A DNA stretch of 64,000 nucleotides, taken from positions 1,414-65,413 of the forward strand of contig CAZUFC010000031.1 in the NCBI GenBank assembly GCA_964619725.1, written 5' to 3'. Below the pieces are notes generated by a model. The model did not search any database. It was not told the origin of the DNA and saw only the letters and a program-made list of their open reading frames with translations. Origin of the DNA: an uncultured bacterium (lineage in GTDB: Bacteria > CSSED10-310 > CAZUFC01). Positions within the stretch are counted from its first letter, which is position 1, and the number at the start of each line of letters is the position of its first letter. The translations under genes were made by a program, and so were the position numbers. Positions 21,062 through 30,982 of this stretch are shown here, in pieces.

Positions 21062-24000
21062 ATGAATTCCCGATTGACGACAATTTTCCTGCTTGCATTG
21101 TTTTTTTCGATTTCCACTCAATCGCTTATTGCTGCTGAATGGATATCTCTGATTGAGAGCTCTTCGCCCGGTGATATGCCGGTTGTAAGAGTAACAAATT
21201 CAGACGAGGGAGAAACTTTGTTCAGCGTAACCATACCGGGATTGTGGTTGGAGGAAGTGGAAAGAGAAGGAGAGACATTCACGAAATTATCAATACCCGG
21301 AGAGGGAAATTTACGCAATATCGGAGAACCTGAGCTTCCAGTTCTGGGTCGCATGGCGGCGGTACCCGATGCCGGTAGACTTCATATGCAATTCGAAGTT
21401 GGCGGCAGGAGCGTGATAGAGGATATTCGCATCGTACCGGCCCTGAAAAGAGACCGTTCGGAAGAAGGCTCGTTCAAGTTGAACCCAGATATTTATTCAT
21501 CGTCAGAAATGTATCCGGCGGATGCGGCGGCGATGGACCGTCCGTCCATATTGCGCGATTATCGATATGTCAGGGTCGAGCTTCATCCTTGTCGTTATGT
21601 TCCAGCGGAAAATAAAGTAATAATTTCATCGTCGTTCGATGTTCGTCTTGAATATACCGATTCTGAAGGCGTGAATCCTCAAATCGACGGCGACGAACCC
21701 GTGAGCGTGACATTCAGTCGATTATATGAGCGCTGCTTTATTAATTATTCTTTTTTGCCCGACCGGGAGAAGGATGCGACAGAACCGTTACTGATAATCT
21801 GCTATGATGACTTTACCGACGAGATGTCGCCCATTGTCGAATGGAAGAAAAAGCGAGGATTGCCGACGACACTGACTCCTTTGTCGCAGGTGGGTGATTC
21901 GGCAGCAGACATCAAGAGCTATATCCAGCAGGCTTATGACGAATGGACTCCGAAACCGGTTTATGTATGGCTGATCGGGGACGGCGACGAAATACCGACG
22001 AATTACGGCATTGAAGGGTGCGCTTCGGACTACATGTATACGACTCTGGAAGGTTCGGACATTGATCCGGACATACTGATCGGCCGTTTGCCGGCTCAAA
22101 GCGGTTCAGAAGTCAGCGATCAGGTCAGCAAATTTTTCATGCATGAATCTTCGCCTCATGCTGACGACGATGCTGCGATGTATAGAAAGGCGACGGGAGT
22201 ATCGTCCAGCTCAGGCTGGCCTGTGAATGATGACGATCGTTTGAATAATATACGTGACAGTTGGCTGTCCTACGGCCTGGAATCGGTTGATAAATTTTAC
22301 AACAGCAATGGAACGGCAACGCCCTCTCACATCCTGACTGCCCTGGATGAAGGGCGTTTCTGGATAACTTACATGGGTCACGGTGACGGTACCGGATGGA
22401 CTAACACGAATCCCAAATTTTCCAATTCGCATATCGATCAATTGAATAACGAGGACCGTTTTTGTTTCGTGGTCGACATTGCCTGCGACAACGGAGCTTT
22501 TACAGGTTACGGCGACTGTTTCGGCGAACGCTGGCTTAAGGCGGGAACAGTTGAAGAACCCAAGGGCGCGGTCGGATGCTATTCTTCATCCACGGGGACC
22601 GCGTGGGATGAATCCGGTGAGTTAGGTGAAGGCATGACTTATGCCTGCACGGACGAAAACATGTTCTGCTGGGGAAGCTCGGCATTGGGCGCCATGTTGT
22701 ATTTAAAGGGGCAGATGGGTTCTGGAAGCAACGTTTTGGAAGTTTTCCAGCAGTTTATACTGTTCGGCGATCCATCCATATATATCTATGCCGGTAATCT
22801 GATCGAACCGGTGGTCGCTCATGATCCTTTTATACCCCTGGGTTCGCATGAATTCACGGTCAGCGTGACGGACGGTTCCGAACCTGTCGCCGGCGCAGCG
22901 GTATGCGCCTGGCTGGAAGACGAATTTTACGCGGTCGAGGAAACGGATGCATCCGGAACAGCCGTATTACAAGTCGATTCGAACAATTACGGTGATGCCT
23001 TTTTAACGGTCACAGGCAATAATATCAGGCCTTATCAGGAAATCGTACCAGTCATGATACCCAGTTGCGGGATCGTTACGTTCGACAAATCGACATATAA
23101 CTGTTCGGATGACCTTGAAATAAGGGTTTGGGACACTGATTTAAATTCTAATCCTGCTTTTCCCGATACGGGCACAGCCGATATATGCAGCGACTCCGAA
23201 CCTGTTCCGGAAACGATAACTCTAACTGAAACCGGGCCGAATACCAGTGAGTTCCTCGGAACGATAACTCTGTCTGAAACTCAGAGCGGTCCGGGATACC
23301 TGCTTACGTCAGACGGAGAAACCATCACCGGACATTATCACGACGAAAACTGCGAAGGCGAACCGCACGAAGTTTACACAGACTCTTCGACGGATTGTAT
23401 CGCTCCCTCGATTTTTAACGTTTCATCATCCGAAGTGACCGTGACGGGAGCCGTCGTTTCCTGGCAGACGGACGAAACTTCCGACAGCCTCGTATATTAC
23501 GGGTCGAGCTTTCCGTTGACCATGACCTCTTACGATCCGGCATTAACGACTGACCATACGATTACGCTGGAAGGACTGGAAGAATGCACGGTTTATTATT
23601 TTTACGTCGTTTCTGAAGACCAGGCCGGCAACATCGCCCTGGACGATAACGGCGGCGATTACTATGATTTCGTTACACTGAACATCGACATTCACTTCAG
23701 CGACGACGTCGAATCAGGTCCGGGGGATTGGAGCGCAACAGGATTATGGCATATTGTAGGACCTGATAGCGATTGCTCTGAATATCACTCGGAAAATCAT
23801 AGCTGGTACTACGGAGAAGAAGATTCTTGCACCTATGATACCGGAGGAACCACACAGGGATGTCTGACGACCCCGCCCATCGATTTGACCGAGGCGACCG
23901 CCGCCAATCTGACCGTATGGCACTGGCTGCAAACTGAAAATATGCAGGGTTACGATACGGGCGTCATTCAAATAAAGAAAAATTCACAGGGCAGCTTTAC

Positions 24001-24811
24001 GACTCTCGGTTCCTATATTTCGACAGGAGGTTCCTGGCAGGAACTCGAATTCGACGTCTCCCCTTACGTAGGAGATACTGTGACCCTCAGATTCTGCTTC
24101 GACAGTGATGACGCGTATTATAACGACTACAGAGGATGGTATATCGATGACGTTCTCCTCGCCGTCGAATCCGAATGCATCCCGGATACTCCTACCCCCT
24201 ACGATACGCCCACTCCGACTTCCTCGCCTACCCAATCTCCTACCGCAACACCCACCCTTTCCCCCACGAACACAGCAACTCCTACACTCTATCCGACGTT
24301 ATCACCCACTTTAACTCCAACGCCAACACCGACTTTCACGATCCCCCACACTTCTACTCCCACCAGAACACCAACGCCTACTTCAACTCCGACACAGGAT
24401 ATTACACCTACTCCTACCTTTTACCCCTCAATTACTCCCACAGCTTACTACACTCACGTTCCTCAGGATATCTCAATTAAACTGCTCTTGAACCAGGAAA
24501 TGTTCCATGCCGGCGACCAGTTTATTCTCGATTGCCGTATCACTAATAATACCGAAAACTCGCACACCTTGAACCGGTTCATCCTGCTGGACGTTTATCA
24601 GAATTACTGGTTCTACGATGACTGGACCCAGGAAATGGACTGGACCGTCGAAGAAATTCCCGCCTACTTCGACGAAACGGACAACATCCTGATTTTCGTA
24701 TGGCCGGCAAACGCAGGCGTCGCTTATGACCTTAAATTCTGGGCGGCGCTTATCGATGATGACTGGAACATTATCGGGGAGGTGGATTCCAAGTCCTTCG
24801 GATATGAATAA
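21062..24811 (+). CDS. Gingipain-like peptidase C25 (propeptide, catalytic, Ig/FN3-like, adhesin-like jelly roll, PT linker, conserved C-terminal domain)
   Basis: Signal peptide; propeptide GEPELP; catalytic YMGHG and DIACDNG (His-Cys dyad as in RgpB); LFGDPS. Confidence 0.92.
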   Translation: MNSRLTTIFLLALFFSISTQSLIAAEWISLIESSSPGDMPVVRVTNSDEGETLFSVTIPGLWLEEVEREGETFTKLSIPGEGNLRNIGEPELPVLGRMAAVPDAGRLHMQFEVGGRSVIEDIRIVPALKRDRSEEGSFKLNPDIYSSSEMYPADAAAMDRPSILRDYRYVRVELHPCRYVPAENKVIISSSFDVRLEYTDSEGVNPQIDGDEPVSVTFSRLYERCFINYSFLPDREKDATEPLLIICYDDFTDEMSPIVEWKKKRGLPTTLTPLSQVGDSAADIKSYIQQAYDEWTPKPVYVWLIGDGDEIPTNYGIEGCASDYMYTTLEGSDIDPDILIGRLPAQSGSEVSDQVSKFFMHESSPHADDDAAMYRKATGVSSSSGWPVNDDDRLNNIRDSWLSYGLESVDKFYNSNGTATPSHILTALDEGRFWITYMGHGDGTGWTNTNPKFSNSHIDQLNNEDRFCFVVDIACDNGAFTGYGDCFGERWLKAGTVEEPKGAVGCYSSSTGTAWDESGELGEGMTYACTDENMFCWGSSALGAMLYLKGQMGSGSNVLEVFQQFILFGDPSIYIYAGNLIEPVVAHDPFIPLGSHEFTVSVTDGSEPVAGAAVCAWLEDEFYAVEETDASGTAVLQVDSNNYGDAFLTVTGNNIRPYQEIVPVMIPSCGIVTFDKSTYNCSDDLEIRVWDTDLNSNPAFPDTGTADICSDSEPVPETITLTETGPNTSEFLGTITLSETQSGPGYLLTSDGETITGHYHDENCEGEPHEVYTDSSTDCIAPSIFNVSSSEVTVTGAVVSWQTDETSDSLVYYGSSFPLTMTSYDPALTTDHTITLEGLEECTVYYFYVVSEDQAGNIALDDNGGDYYDFVTLNIDIHFSDDVESGPGDWSATGLWHIVGPDSDCSEYHSENHSWYYGEEDSCTYDTGGTTQGCLTTPPIDLTEATAANLTVWHWLQTENMQGYDTGVIQIKKNSQGSFTTLGSYISTGGSWQELEFDVSPYVGDTVTLRFCFDSDDAYYNDYRGWYIDDVLLAVESECIPDTPTPYDTPTPTSSPTQSPTATPTLSPTNTATPTLYPTLSPTLTPTPTPTFTIPHTSTPTRTPTPTSTPTQDITPTPTFYPSITPTAYYTHVPQDISIKLLLNQEMFHAGDQFILDCRITNNTENSHTLNRFILLDVYQNYWFYDDWTQEMDWTVEEIPAYFDETDNILIFVWPANAGVAYDLKFWAALIDDDWNIIGEVDSKSFGYE

Positions 24812-24962
24812 TCATATTATTTTTTTTGAATTACTTCGTAATAAATTTGATTGTAAGTTGTATATCTGTTAATTGATAAGCGAGTAATCGCGGACCGACT
24901 TCTGTCTTGCGTTTATTTCTTCACAGTTTTAAAACCGGAATTTCAAAGGAGGAAAAAGTTAA

Positions 24963-27900
24963 ATGAGACTGCTTCAAGGCTTTGTCATAATTTTGTGCGT
25001 CGGAAGCCTTTTTTTGCCGGCATCTGCAGATGCAGGACGCTGGATTTCACTGACAGACGGAGCGGAACCGGGCAGTCCGCCGACCGTCACAGTTATTTCA
25101 TCTGATGAATCTGAAACAGTTCTTTCAGTCGAAGCGACCGGATTCTGGGTTGACGACGTCGAAATGAACGGTGAAATATTTCAGAAAATCAGTTTTCCTG
25201 ATGAGGGTTATATGAGGAACCTGGGCGAACCTGAGCTGCCTGTAATCGGCCGCATGGTAGTCGTGCCTGACCTCAAGGGCATTTCCATGGATACTGCGGT
25301 GAGTGGAGAAACGGTTCTGGAGGGATATCGCATCAATCCTGCTCAAAAGAAATACCGTTCTTCGATCCCGGTCGAATTCAAATTCAACCGTGAGGTATAT
25401 TCTTCATCGAAGCCGTATCCGTCGCAGGCAGCGTCAAAGGGACGTCCGTCCATCATGAGGGATTACCGGTTCGTACGGGTAGAATTTCATCCTGTTCGTT
25501 ATATTGGTTCTGAGGAAAAGCTCATCGTCAACAACGAGATAACTGTGACTCTGCGTTATGAGGGACCGGCCCAGATCAATCCGCATTATCAGGAAGCAGG
25601 CGAGAGCATCAGTCCGACATTTGCAGTATTATATAAAGAATATTTCATTAATTATAATTATCTGCCAGAGCGCGAAAAAGACGCGGCAGAACCTTTGCTG
25701 ATAATATGCTACGATGAATTTGCGACTGAGATGGATGAGATCGTACAGTGGAAAACCAGGCGTGGTTTGCCGGTTACTTTAACCCTGTTGTCGGACATAG
25801 GAACATCAGCAGACGATATTCAGGATTACCTGCAGGAAGCCTACGACACCTGGAGTCCCAAACCTGTATATGTATGGCTGATAGGCGACGGCGGCGAGAT
25901 ACCGACGAATTACGGTATAGGAGGCTGTGCGTCTGATTATATGTATACGACCCTGGAAGGCTCTGACATAGACCCTGACGTTTTCATCGGGCGTTTATCC
26001 GCGCAAACGGGGACCGAAGTCGCAAACCAGACGACGAAGTTCATCACGCATGAATCGACGCCTCAGACAGGCGAAGAAGCGGCCATGTATCTGAATGCGA
26101 CTGGCGTATCTTCGAGCGACGGTTATCCTGTAAACGACGACACGAGACTGGATCGTATAAAAGACAGTTGGATCGACTATGGAATAGATTCTGTAGACCG
26201 TCTTTACATCAGCAACGGACAGGCTACTCCGGCGAACATCATTGATGTGCTGGACGAAGGACGTTTCTGGATAACGTATATGGGTCACGGAGACAGAACA
26301 GGCTGGACCAGCACCAATCCCAAGTTCTCCAACTCCCACATCGATCAGTTGAACAACGAGGCTCGTTCATGCTTCGTGGTAGATATAGCCTGTCAAAACG
26401 GCGCTTTCGTCTCGGGCAGCGACTGCTTCGGCGAACACTGGCTAAAGGTTGGCACGGCGGCTGAGCCTAAAGGGGCCGTGGGTTGTTATTCCTCCTCGAC
26501 CAATACGGCCTGGGATGAATCGGGCGAACTTGGCGAAGGCATAACCTATGCCTATACGGAAGAAGATATGACGACGTATGGCGCTGCTGCGATGGGGGCC
26601 ATGCTTTACCTGGAGGAACAGATGGGTTCGGGCAGCAACGTGGAGGAAGTTTTTCAGCAGTTCGTACTGTTCGGCGATCCTTCCATTCACGTTTATGCAG
26701 GAGAACTGATCGACCCCGTGGTGACGCATGATCCTTTCATACCGCTTGGTTCGGTGGATTTTCAGGTCACGGTGACTGACGGTTCCAATCCGATTGAAGG
26801 AGCTGTCGTCAGCGCGTGGTTGCCGGGCGAATTTTACGAAGTCGAATTGACGGACGCTTCCGGCGTGGCAGTGTTATCCCTGGAATCCTCCATCTACGGC
26901 GATGCCTTCTTAACGGTCACGGGCAACAATATTAGACCTCATGAAGAAATAGTGCCCGTAATGATTCCGAGTTGCGGCATAGTGACTTTCAACCAGGCTA
27001 AATATCACTGCTCCGCAGAGCTTGAATTACGCGTTTGGGATACTGATCTTAATACGGACCCTGGCGTTGTCGATACGGCAGAGGCCGACATATCGAGCGA
27101 TTCAGAACCTGCGCCCGAAATTATCAATTTGACGGAAACGGGTGCGGATACCAATGAGTTTCTGGGAACGATCATGCTTTCGGAAACGGAAAGCGGACCC
27201 GGTTATCTCCTGGTTTCCCATGAAGACGTTATAATCGCTCATTATTACGATGAAGATTGCGAAGGAGAGCCCGTCGACGTTTATGAAACGGCTGAGGCTG
27301 ATTGTGAGGGACCCACTATAAGCGGCGTTTCTTTCTTCAATGTTACGGACACCCAGGCAATCATCACCTGGACGACCGATGAAGCATCAGACAGCGCGGT
27401 CTATTACGGTTTCGATACTCCGCCGACAGAATCGGTCGCGCTGAGCGAATCGGTTACTGAACATGTCGTTCTGCTGGAAGGGCTGGATAATTGTTCGAAA
27501 TACTATTTCTATGTGACTTCAACAGACGGATCGGGGAATACGGCGATTGACGATAACTCGGGCGAGTATTTCTATTTCAATACATTAGGACATTTTGTCC
27601 TTCTGGAGGAGATGATGGATGCCGATCCCGGCTGGACCGTATCCGGCGGAGATTGGGAATTCGGCCAGCCCACGGGCCAGGGAGGTTCTTACGGCGATCC
27701 TGACCCGACGTCAGGTTACACGGGAGACAATGTATACGGGTACAATCTCAATGGCGATTACACAAACAGCATGCCTGCCTATCATCTGACCACGCCGCCT
27801 CTGGATTGTTCCATGGCATCGGGCACGACTCTTACCTTTTACCGGTGGCTGGGGGTTGAACAACCGACTTATGATCATGCTGTCTTATCGGTATCCAACG

Positions 27901-30107
27901 ACGGAACTAACTGGGACGAATATTTCCATAACGAAGGGACCATTTCGGACGGAGACTGGGTTGAATGCACCTATGACATTTCCGCTTCTGCAGACGGACA
28001 ATCGACGGTTTACATTCGCTGGAGCATTGGTCCGACAGATTCAGGCTGGACCTATTGCGGATGGAACATCGATGATGTTGAGGTCTCATATCTGGCGCCT
28101 TGCAACGTCCCGATCCTGACCCACGACAGCCATACGATCAATGATCAAGCCGGCAACGCCAACGGCGAACCCAATCCCGGCGAATGCATCGTCTCCGAAA
28201 TTACCCTTTATAATAATTCCGGCATAGACGCGACGAACATCTCCGCGACCGTTTCGGAAACCAGCGAATACGTGAGCGTTACCAACCCGGATATCACTTT
28301 TCCCGATATATCCGCCCACGAATACGGCTCATCCATTGGTCCCCATCTGGCCTGGGATATCGACTCATCAGCGCCCGACGGCGCCATCGTACAGTTCTCC
28401 ATTTCCTGGACAAGCGATGAGGGGTCCGGTAATACGGCCTTCTCAGCGACCATCATGAAACCGATACTCAATTACACGAACCACACCATCGACGATTGCA
28501 CGGGCGATAACGACGGCATCGCCGATCCGGGAGAAAGCATCGTATTGCCTGTGCTCCTGACTAATTCTGGTCACGGAATCGCCATGAACGTGGCCGGGAC
28601 TCTTAGCACGAGCTCCGAACATATCGTCATGGTCGACGATGCCGGCGCCTGGAACGACATTCCCGGTGAAGAATCAGGATGGAGCATCGATGATTTCGGT
28701 TTCGAAGTAAGTCCGGATGCGCCATTGGGAGAAATGGTTGAAGCGACTTTACAGGTTTATGGCGACGGATTCCTTAACACTTTTAATTTCACATTCGGAA
28801 TAGGAGCTCTGCCGGTTTTGGTGATAGACGATGACTCTGGCGATCACGCCGCCGTTTTTACCGACGTTCTGGCGAACAACGGTTATCTCGTGACGGAAGA
28901 GACGCCCGCCGGGACTGACCCTGGCGAATGGCCCGCTTATACTTTCATCGTGTGGAGTTCCGGAGACAGCAGCGAACCCGTGTCTCAATCCGCGTGGTGC
29001 GATAATCTGGAATCATACGTTGCCGACGGCGGTAAATTGCTGATCGAAGGCGGCGAGATAGCCTATGATTTCTATTGGAGCGACCCCGATTTTCTGGAGA
29101 ACGTATGCCATGTATCAGACTGGAACGGAGACAGTTCCGGCGATCTCGAACTGGCCGCTGCAGATCATCCGATCGCATTCTCTCCCTATGAACTTCCTTC
29201 CACAATTCAACACGCTTACTCGAGCTATTATGATGAAGACGCCTGTGATGCCGCTTCAGATGCTGAAATCGTCTTCGGATGGTCTTCGGCAAGCGGCGGT
29301 GGTCTTATAGTCTACGATGACGATACTGATCCGGGTAACGGAGGACAAATTGCTTTCTACTCCTATTCCATAGGAAACGTTGAAATTGATCTGCAGGACA
29401 AGATGATCGTCAATACTGCAGCCTGGCTGGCAGGCGGCGGCGGCGCCCTTCCCACTCCCACTCCTTCCTTCACACATGGTCCTCCTACATACACGCCTAG
29501 TTATACTCCGACCTACTCACCCACTTCCGTGCCTCCCACAAATACTCCCACTTTCACGCCCACCTCTTCTCCCACTGATATCCCGCCGACTTACACGCCG
29601 ACTGAAACGCCCACCGAAGTCCCGCCTACCTGGACGCCGACATCCACGCCGACCGGCATCCCTACCGATATCCCGACTCAAATACCCACTTACATCGTGA
29701 CGGAAACGCCTACAGCAGTCCTGACAGGCACTCCTTCTTTCATTCCCTCGCCCACACCCAACAGCATCAATATCCAGGTAATTCTTAACCTGAATACCTT
29801 CAGGCCCCAGGACGACTTCATCCTGGAATGCCGTATCGTCAATCCCGGTCCATTCCTGGAGCTCAACGAATTCATTATTCTGGAAGTCTACGGCAGTTAC
29901 TGGTTCTATGACGACTGGACACAGAATTTCGACTACGTTCCGATCGAAATCCCCGCTTACTCAGATGAAACTGAATCCATCCTTCAGTTCGTCTGGCCCG
30001 AAGGAGCAGGAACAGCCGACGGCCTGAAATTCTATGCAGCCCTGCTGGATAACGCTTTCAACCTGGTCACCGACATCGACGTCATAACCTGGGGGTTCGA
30101 AGAATAA
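24963..30107 (+). CDS. Gingipain-like peptidase C25, tandem paralogue with extra domains
   Basis: Same propeptide and catalytic motifs (YMGHG, DIACQNG, LFGDPS); extra NGEPNPGE / DGIADPGE domains and a VLVIDDD domain; PT linker; conserved C-terminal domain. Confidence 0.92.
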   Translation: MRLLQGFVIILCVGSLFLPASADAGRWISLTDGAEPGSPPTVTVISSDESETVLSVEATGFWVDDVEMNGEIFQKISFPDEGYMRNLGEPELPVIGRMVVVPDLKGISMDTAVSGETVLEGYRINPAQKKYRSSIPVEFKFNREVYSSSKPYPSQAASKGRPSIMRDYRFVRVEFHPVRYIGSEEKLIVNNEITVTLRYEGPAQINPHYQEAGESISPTFAVLYKEYFINYNYLPEREKDAAEPLLIICYDEFATEMDEIVQWKTRRGLPVTLTLLSDIGTSADDIQDYLQEAYDTWSPKPVYVWLIGDGGEIPTNYGIGGCASDYMYTTLEGSDIDPDVFIGRLSAQTGTEVANQTTKFITHESTPQTGEEAAMYLNATGVSSSDGYPVNDDTRLDRIKDSWIDYGIDSVDRLYISNGQATPANIIDVLDEGRFWITYMGHGDRTGWTSTNPKFSNSHIDQLNNEARSCFVVDIACQNGAFVSGSDCFGEHWLKVGTAAEPKGAVGCYSSSTNTAWDESGELGEGITYAYTEEDMTTYGAAAMGAMLYLEEQMGSGSNVEEVFQQFVLFGDPSIHVYAGELIDPVVTHDPFIPLGSVDFQVTVTDGSNPIEGAVVSAWLPGEFYEVELTDASGVAVLSLESSIYGDAFLTVTGNNIRPHEEIVPVMIPSCGIVTFNQAKYHCSAELELRVWDTDLNTDPGVVDTAEADISSDSEPAPEIINLTETGADTNEFLGTIMLSETESGPGYLLVSHEDVIIAHYYDEDCEGEPVDVYETAEADCEGPTISGVSFFNVTDTQAIITWTTDEASDSAVYYGFDTPPTESVALSESVTEHVVLLEGLDNCSKYYFYVTSTDGSGNTAIDDNSGEYFYFNTLGHFVLLEEMMDADPGWTVSGGDWEFGQPTGQGGSYGDPDPTSGYTGDNVYGYNLNGDYTNSMPAYHLTTPPLDCSMASGTTLTFYRWLGVEQPTYDHAVLSVSNDGTNWDEYFHNEGTISDGDWVECTYDISASADGQSTVYIRWSIGPTDSGWTYCGWNIDDVEVSYLAPCNVPILTHDSHTINDQAGNANGEPNPGECIVSEITLYNNSGIDATNISATVSETSEYVSVTNPDITFPDISAHEYGSSIGPHLAWDIDSSAPDGAIVQFSISWTSDEGSGNTAFSATIMKPILNYTNHTIDDCTGDNDGIADPGESIVLPVLLTNSGHGIAMNVAGTLSTSSEHIVMVDDAGAWNDIPGEESGWSIDDFGFEVSPDAPLGEMVEATLQVYGDGFLNTFNFTFGIGALPVLVIDDDSGDHAAVFTDVLANNGYLVTEETPAGTDPGEWPAYTFIVWSSGDSSEPVSQSAWCDNLESYVADGGKLLIEGGEIAYDFYWSDPDFLENVCHVSDWNGDSSGDLELAAADHPIAFSPYELPSTIQHAYSSYYDEDACDAASDAEIVFGWSSASGGGLIVYDDDTDPGNGGQIAFYSYSIGNVEIDLQDKMIVNTAAWLAGGGGALPTPTPSFTHGPPTYTPSYTPTYSPTSVPPTNTPTFTPTSSPTDIPPTYTPTETPTEVPPTWTPTSTPTGIPTDIPTQIPTYIVTETPTAVLTGTPSFIPSPTPNSINIQVILNLNTFRPQDDFILECRIVNPGPFLELNEFIILEVYGSYWFYDDWTQNFDYVPIEIPAYSDETESILQFVWPEGAGTADGLKFYAALLDNAFNLVTDIDVITWGFEE

Positions 30108-30430
30108 GCATCTCGAATGGCCGGCCCAAGCCGGCAGAGCCGAAAACCTGGACTTCAACGGAGCCGCATTTCATCACGAAACATTCAACCTTATCGGACA
30201 CATCCGCGATATGATATCTGACTATTACACACACGTGACACAAGATTTCAATTGGGTCTGTTCTTATATTAGATTTACGATTGCGTTGAATATACCGACT
30301 CCGATTCCCGACTGAGACTGTGTGGGATCAAAAATAATGGACTGCCTGAATCAGACTTGCAAATAACGCGCACAGGCAAAGTCCCGGAATATAGCCGAAA
30401 ACGCCTAAAAACCCTCGACGTAATTAAGGC

Positions 30431-30469
30431 AAAGTCCCCCCGCTTGCGGGGGGATATAGGGGGGGCTTT
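30431..30469. repeat. C-tract/G-tract palindromic REP-like element
   Basis: TCCCCCCGC-TT-GCGGGGGGA followed by TATAGGGGGGG. Confidence 0.6.
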
Positions 30470-30861
30470 CAATGAAGTCACAGTTTTATATATTTTTGTT
30501 CTGATGAACAAGTTTTATAACTCCTTGTATTTGAAGTGTAAAATGAAAATCATTCGTCTATTATGTTAAGCGTGTGTAAAAGTGAGATAAGATGGGGCTA
30601 TTTTTGACAGCAATAAACGGGGGCTGAAAAAACAGAGGATACATTTTTTTTAAACTACTGAGTGATATTGCGGATGAAACATCCTGTATGAATCAGCAGC
30701 TAATCGGGAGCAGGATCGATTGAATTTTTTTTCGATCGCCGTAGCATTGCGAATGAAATATCTTGTCTGATGCGACTGTTAATCGGGGTCGGTATCAGGA
30801 TCGAGTTATCAGAGGTTTGCAGAACCGCATAAGCGTGATCGATATCATTACGCGTCCTGGA

Positions 30862-30884
30862 AAGCGGCAGGATGCCGCTTCTAC
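30862..30884 (-). repeat. GTAG-type REP sequence
   Basis: Minus strand GTAG + AAGCGGCA-TCC-TGCCGCTT palindrome. Confidence 0.65.
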
Positions 30885-30982
30885 ATTCTTTCGTTCTCTT
30901 AAGCTTCTTTCCGATAATGTTTTTTTTTCGTTTTTATAAAAAGTATTCCGCAGAAACCGCCATCCGCCATCCCCCATCCGGC

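Noticed and set aside
24180-24450. Pro/Thr-rich tracts as DNA repeat elements
   Set aside because: Ordinary low-complexity protein linkers with diverse codons (also at ~3300-3470, 29450-29760, 40600-40700).
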